64,000 bases of DNA, from positions 180,730,001-180,794,000 of the forward strand of contig OZ038378.1 of the NCBI GenBank assembly GCA_964036045.1, read 5' to 3'. The notes under the pieces are model-generated. The model had not been told where the DNA came from, ran no database searches, and saw only the letters and a program-made list of their open reading frames with translations. Made by a program: the position numbers and the translations under genes. Origin of the DNA: Eutreptiella sp. 'Long Island Sound 2002'. Its lineage: Eukaryota > Protista > Euglenida. Positions within the stretch are counted from its first letter, which is position 1. Every line of letters begins with the position of its first letter. Below are positions 63,401 through 64,000 of this stretch, one piece after another.

Positions 63401-64000
63401 CACTTGGCACAAATGCCTGCCAAAGCAGGCGCCCAGGGTCAGGTGCACACCATTGGAAGGGCCTTCTTCTCTTTGTGTCGCAACCGGTTCCCATTCAAGG
63501 TCAGGTTGACGTTGCCCAAAAACGCAATAAAAAGCCCTGCAGGTGTACTGCAGATTGCTGTATGGGTGCGGAAAGGCATATTATCATTGGGCACTGTAGC
63601 TATTCTGCCCGCTGTATTCCGCTTTTCTCTGATAGTAGGCGTGGCCCAGTGTGCCCATAAAACTGGATGTGTTACAGAGCAATAAGCTCGCCAAGATTCT
63701 TTTTGTACCCCTCCGATTGTACCAGGTATAAAGTGCATCAGGTGGGTGACGTGCGTTAGGCTGTGGGTTGTGTTCAGCTCCCAGGGCCCTCCCGTCCATT
63801 GAGGGTACATCCGGTGGGAAATGCGACCCCTCCCCTGGCAGGCGAGGACCTCCGTGTTGCGGAAGATGCTGTTGGTCCAGGGCAGAATGGTCAAGTTGCC
63901 AACGATTCGTTGGGCCGCGACATCGAAGAGGAAGGCACGGTGCACCCCGACCTCCACCATCGCCGTGACAACGCTCAGATACTGTCCATTGGCGCTGAAC
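18169..64000 (-). CDS. Multi-exon gene, 5'-incomplete: receptor-like 3-TM protein with beta-propeller/PAN/mucin ectodomain and cytosolic LIM-like, ankyrin, 2xWWE and R-S-E ADP-ribosyltransferase domains (over 1,800 aa, about 20 exons)
   Basis: Manual exon stitching. The junctions from 60915 downstream are GT-AG with matching phases, and motifs are restored across them: CFDVCDD|IASCTAVDY, AAEVQ|IQNAVRRG, FRYR|NRSGQW, NNNAQG|IDFWRP, PSFS|SAST, RFPE|EGEVLF. Confidence 0.85.
18490..18740. repeat. Dispersed repeat; a second direct copy lies at about 20030-20295
   Basis: Shared ctcggaggtgaccc...gggatttttggaatcagc...aaagtcatcatttgcca...aaaaaattttcggc. Confidence 0.7.
18740..18802 (-). mobile_element. 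63-bp truncated copy of the same family with an 11-bp TSD
   Basis: CTATGGACCCC at 18729-18739 and again at 18803-18813. Confidence 0.8.
19468..19686 (-). CDS. Exon: ART E-x-E motif (EGEVLFRPSTLFQI) and start of the C-terminal extension
   Basis: cgcag|GAG ... CAG|gtgtgc; 219 nt. Confidence 0.85.
20500..21330. mobile_element. Intronic repeat copy A (internally deleted) with G-rich direct terminal repeats
   Basis: High identity to 27750-28910 but lacks several hundred internal bp. Confidence 0.75.
22580..22694 (-). CDS. Exon: ART S-x-S motif and central strands (SASTNRDVAEEF...GTLFFLQ...SRFPE)
   Basis: ccgtag|T ... GAG|gtatga; 115 nt. Confidence 0.9.
23384..23537 (-). CDS. Exon: ART catalytic R motif (LPKFEGKLYRG...WPSFS)
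   Basis: cgtag|GC ... AG|gtttgc; phases 1 and 2 match the neighbouring exons. Confidence 0.9.
24105..24309 (-). CDS. Exon: helical N-terminal part of the ART domain (ALYVYT...IYGAMNAAMR)
   Basis: ctgcag|GGG ... G|gtcccg; matches the AIxxYT...YxxLNxxLR pattern of ARTC/VIP2-like ARTs. Confidence 0.9.
25073..25200 (+). repeat. (GT)n microsatellite
   Basis: Seen directly in the sequence. Confidence 0.98.
25502..26098 (+). repeat. Compound (GT)n/(GTGCAT)n microsatellite with two (GGGTTT)n arrays (about 25576-25656 and 25778-25828)
   Basis: Seen directly in the sequence. Confidence 0.98.
27000..27532 (+). repeat. Compound (GT)n/(GTGCAT)n microsatellite
   Basis: Seen directly in the sequence. 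Confidence 0.98.
27750..28910. mobile_element. Intronic repeat copy B with a relic ORF (28352-28672, minus strand)
   Basis: Direct homology to copy A; conserved peptide YFRFxDRWTGxxRQEAYNVAQKACSTLF. Confidence 0.75.
29704..29802 (-). CDS. Exon: pre-ART region (APTDTLTVQFYDAQY...DLPENRA)
   Basis: cttcag|GCG ... GCG|gtatgt; 99 nt, phase 0-0. Confidence 0.7.
29914..30012 (-). CDS. Exon: linker (PQRLQLLHPLQENADPLLPGLQHYLCLGLGAKG)
   Basis: ctcccag|CCA ... GGT|gtgcct; 99 nt; GC-rich third codon positions. The following short intron also reads through in frame. Confidence 0.6.
31744..31867 (-). CDS. Exon: WWE-like domain 2
   Basis: ttttgcag|G (phase 2, matches the previous exon) ... CAG|gtattc; YR|NRSGQWDVTSDPQHLPEIQEAV. 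Confidence 0.8.
31989..32350 (-). mobile_element. Truncated copy of the TGTGTGACATTCC family
   Basis: Aligns by eye to 52063-52420 over about 350 bp. Confidence 0.8.
32568..32749. mobile_element. Related short MITE with TIR TTGCGAGAGCAAC and C/G-run termini
   Basis: cccccctcttgcgagagcaac ... gttgctctcgcaaggggcG(n); partial relatives at about 19878-19950 and 20290-20425. Confidence 0.6.
33199..33250 (-). mobile_element. Short truncated copy of the same family, following a long C run
   Basis: tgtgtgacattccgtctggttg...ggacagtcacc. Confidence 0.75.
33724..33866 (-). CDS. Exon: C-terminal half of WWE domain 1
   Basis: gtcag|ATC ... CG|gtatgt; IQNAVRRGSDSLQVKDQAWRLDLHAKTH; ends in phase 2. Confidence 0.85.
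35690..38718 (-). CDS. Retrotransposon ORF2, 3' part: RT core, RNase H, Zn finger and unknown C-terminal extension
   Basis: LDDIRHAFGSV, GIAQGCPVSALIF, YMDD; FVTDGS / IEMY / YTDS (RNase H); CxxC...H...C. Confidence 0.93.
38722..39602 (-). mobile_element. 881-bp insertion interrupting the RT, flanked by a TAA direct repeat, carrying a 207-aa coiled-coil ORF (38729-39352)
   Basis: Removing it joins GTC ATA CCA GTA ACG CAA TTT (VIPVTQF) and fuses the two ORF2 halves in frame; the insert is GC-rich while the element is AT-rich. Confidence 0.85.
39603..41943 (-). CDS. Retrotransposon ORF2, 5' part: N-terminal extra domain, APE endonuclease and start of RT
   Basis: SFNVQ, DIVMLQE, GVAIL, VVNLY, IVGGDFN, LDHF, SDHFP (APE); RPLLNFHTLWKIF (RT). 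Confidence 0.92.
41822..44563 (-). CDS. Retrotransposon ORF1 (913 aa) with a central coiled coil and a C-terminal RS/K-rich tract
   Basis: Long ORF upstream of and overlapping ORF2 by 122 nt; heptad region LDHIKTQHRQAENTIKLQSKQIEELQG; KKRSRSRSKSRSP...SRSRSRSPSP. Confidence 0.85.
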   Translation of the reverse strand: MCQSGSSVNKFPSVHHFLHVPCTDMEHVPYQASLLQLLAHSSDPELQRLLTEYIDLTPAHVYKEAESALPAAFAPGIQVQALCDALRWTTIVGKISYVSSINVLLAPQGYLLTVTAEVMQEKKKQQVEHIPIALARSPALLAHIQVQLPSIKNIVKMWDQTYRKIENSEIKDTFGKLLQIKGQEYKKVNTTLFKNIVLTPMEQSLPVHLKTIWGELQKSGLQCIQEQLFRLPDTVPFTGTATVTRSDYLQIYHHLLAWASDKLAPPHKQNALRNKGIVQAMNQNKAQDIIRQSILEVATEAVFEEAWPGEKPSWITAPTAALLKPKDNYIDLLNSPNLLDMKKTSRTSADLLQALDDGFSQKEEEPLIPEHLTQRMNAQRLETTKADLDHIKTQHRQAENTIKLQSKQIEELQGTIKILQAELQEMRDRSETAELTLPQLTENFANAFAMLVRIRQKASEWEGPPSPSLVDLLKESSPENFTCLPPLHAKYMASVPLVSTFLAVTGIRQDLLPIITALIPEHRPTTVNLLKYLNDTDPVGESPTHNTPQSAQDKTPVPTVKTQIPGSPPMHKLLKWINHQPTEKISGFAKKLHMTVSLNMPEIRNLSPTDLHEQWNTLNMHTTHPKLDHVIKDFFTQAEHETPQDPISTGHTIVKQAEHRNQQAAQTSQSRSSDPAKFPICILVAWNAVMDPPEHDISARILGTALRPVFGKNLCSITDDSVKGTRSFCMLGVSEDGKDQANTPGMTVVSGWRINWKKATKQPWSPWVPRGFHQASYFTPEASHSSGKKKQKKGNDDSSESDQSDDHKNRRESSTKKKENSHKKKRSRSRSKSRSPKRKKNGKKHYSRSRSRSPSPDRRVKDTNPQHFRLPTTSGWQPHQHAQHHWAPQQAPVHNHAWPSTPEQQGWPNPWQP
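44862..44934 (-). pseudogene. Degenerate tRNA (Glu-like) or SINE head in the LINE 5' region
   Basis: A box TAGTAGAGTGG and B box AGTTCGAGTCC at tRNA spacing; stems disrupted. Confidence 0.55.
45365..45440 (-). pseudogene. tRNA-derived SINE-like head
   Basis: ggagcggcctagtagta...ggttcgactcccac; its downstream GC-rich body is also found at about 45158-45195. Confidence 0.45.
45966..46175 (-). CDS. Exon: ankyrin-like repeat and N-terminal half of WWE domain 1
   Basis: tgcag|GTC ... CAG|gtacca; 210 nt; LVEAAATSGHPEVL; FSWQYHEGHGLWQDYPPAAEVQ. Confidence 0.85.
47094..47375 (-). CDS. Exon: low-complexity S/D/K-rich linker
   Basis: cccag|TTG ... AAG|gtgtgc; 282 nt, phase 0-0. Confidence 0.75.
47625..47725 (+). 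repeat. 20-mer minisatellite (CACCGCCACGCACAGTCACG), about 5 copies
   Basis: Seen directly in the sequence. Confidence 0.85.
49281..49311 (-). mobile_element. 31-bp copy of the same family with an imperfect 12-bp TSD
   Basis: Left flank ctgcgtaccccc, right flank ctgtgtagcccc. Confidence 0.65.
49363..49959 (-). CDS. Exon: ankyrin repeat and an aromatic beta-rich domain
   Basis: gtgcag|GGC ... CAG|gtgtgc; 597 nt; SLVCIAASVGNLGAVKLLL; YLYYF...GWCISAHLG. Confidence 0.85.
51358..51927 (-). CDS. Exon: TM helices 2-3 and a split LIM-like zinc finger
   Basis: ttcag|GTG ... GTG|gtatga; 570 nt; CPAC...HMRHALCVHC...YHSKC. Confidence 0.85.
52063..55050 (-). mobile_element. Longest copy of the TGTGTGACATTCC repeat family; holds a CCCH Zn-finger ORF (about 52050-53483) and a tandem duplication of about 435 bp; far end uncertain
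   Basis: Shares its terminus with the copies at 18741, 31989, 33199 and 49281; CRFGDMCKSAWCPLHH. Confidence 0.6.
55612..55678 (+). repeat. (AG)n microsatellite preceded by a G run
   Basis: Seen directly in the sequence. Confidence 0.95.
56465..56683 (-). CDS. Exon: TM helix 1 (WQVCLLIVGLTLVAVGLVLWAWRW) and a basic loop
   Basis: cccag|TCC ... CAG|gtccgc; 219 nt, phase 0-0. Confidence 0.8.
58005..58182 (+). repeat. (GGYGGTT)n heptamer array followed by the inverted repeat GGCGGTCCTTAAG/CTTAAGGACCGCC
   Basis: Seen directly in the sequence. Confidence 0.8.
59154..59879 (-). CDS. Exon: PAN second half, S/T/P-rich mucin-like stalk and Cys-containing domain
   Basis: cacag|ATC ... CAA|gtaatg; 726 nt, phase 0-0; IASCTAVDYRPSDKSC followed by TPTPTQTPP... 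Confidence 0.8.
60375..60442 (+). repeat. (GC)n/(GT)n microsatellite
   Basis: Seen directly in the sequence. Confidence 0.9.
60574..60915 (-). CDS. Exon: end of the beta-rich region and first half of a PAN/apple-like domain
   Basis: ctcag|GAT ... GAC|gtgtgt; 342 nt, phase 0-0; ends in SACFDVCDD. Confidence 0.75.
61050..61325 (-). CDS. Probable propeller exon (VILDVSWKVKAIAVAPDCSWVCATLES...)
   Basis: Acceptor ttcag|GTG in phase 0; AIAVAPD blade-like motif; donor uncertain. Confidence 0.5.
61850..62117 (-). CDS. Probable ectodomain exon (CTQHNIRPQYFADEAVLLKYPAPKELNGT...)
   Basis: Open frame with NxT sequons (NGT, NVT, NAT); both boundaries uncertain. Confidence 0.4.
62530..62787 (-). CDS. 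Exon: beta-propeller-like (VHTRVGTVGDFSNVVHQFSPDSQYLFLH...)
   Basis: Acceptor cacag|GTC; FSPDSQYL blade motif; the donor position is ambiguous by 2 nt. Confidence 0.65.
62969..63041 (-). tRNA. tRNA-Asn(GUU)
   Basis: 73-nt cloverleaf: GCCCTGG/CTGGGGC acceptor stem (two G-U pairs), GCTC/GAGC D stem, TGCGG-CTGTTAA-CCGCA anticodon arm, GCTGG-TTCGATC-CCAGT T arm. Confidence 0.9.
63451..64000 (-). CDS. Exon running off the window: beta-propeller-like segment (FSANGQYLSVV...KALPM)
   Basis: Open frame to the window end; FSxNGQYL blade motif; donor ATG|gtgtgc in phase 0. An internal intron cannot be excluded. Confidence 0.6.

Noticed and set aside
47094-63451. Euglenid non-conventional introns in the receptor gene
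   Set aside because: The junctions I resolved are all explained by canonical GT-AG sites.
1-64000. CRISPR arrays, rRNA genes, prokaryotic operons
   Set aside because: No repeat-spacer arrays or rRNA signatures; the sequence is clearly eukaryotic and spliced.

Overview
This is eukaryotic nuclear DNA, repeat-rich and with large introns. It is probably euglenozoan/euglenid; that is an inference from the GTRTGY donor consensus and a candidate trans-splice acceptor, not something verified. Most of the window (18.2 kb to beyond 64 kb, minus strand) is one multi-exon gene that the six-frame ORF track misses. I stitched it from about 20 exons with canonical GT-AG junctions and compatible phases; the four most 5' exons have uncertain boundaries. 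The predicted protein is over 1,800 aa with a receptor-like layout: beta-propeller, PAN/apple, mucin-like S/T stalk, 3 TM helices, split LIM-like Zn finger, ankyrin repeats, tandem WWE, and an R-S-E type ADP-ribosyltransferase (LYRG / FSSAS / EEGEVL). A 12-kb intron splits the first WWE domain and holds a near-intact sense-strand non-LTR retrotransposon. Its ORF1 has a coiled coil and an RS-rich tail; its ORF2 has a putative AlkB-like fold, APE, RT, RNase H and a Zn finger. The RT is interrupted by an 881-bp insert whose exact removal restores a 1,789-aa ORF. Also present: an intronless DnaJ-domain gene, a tRNA-Asn(GUU), several tRNA-derived heads, a retroposon family that appears G-tailed and primed at C-runs, several MITE families, long GT microsatellites and interstitial (GGGTTT)n arrays.
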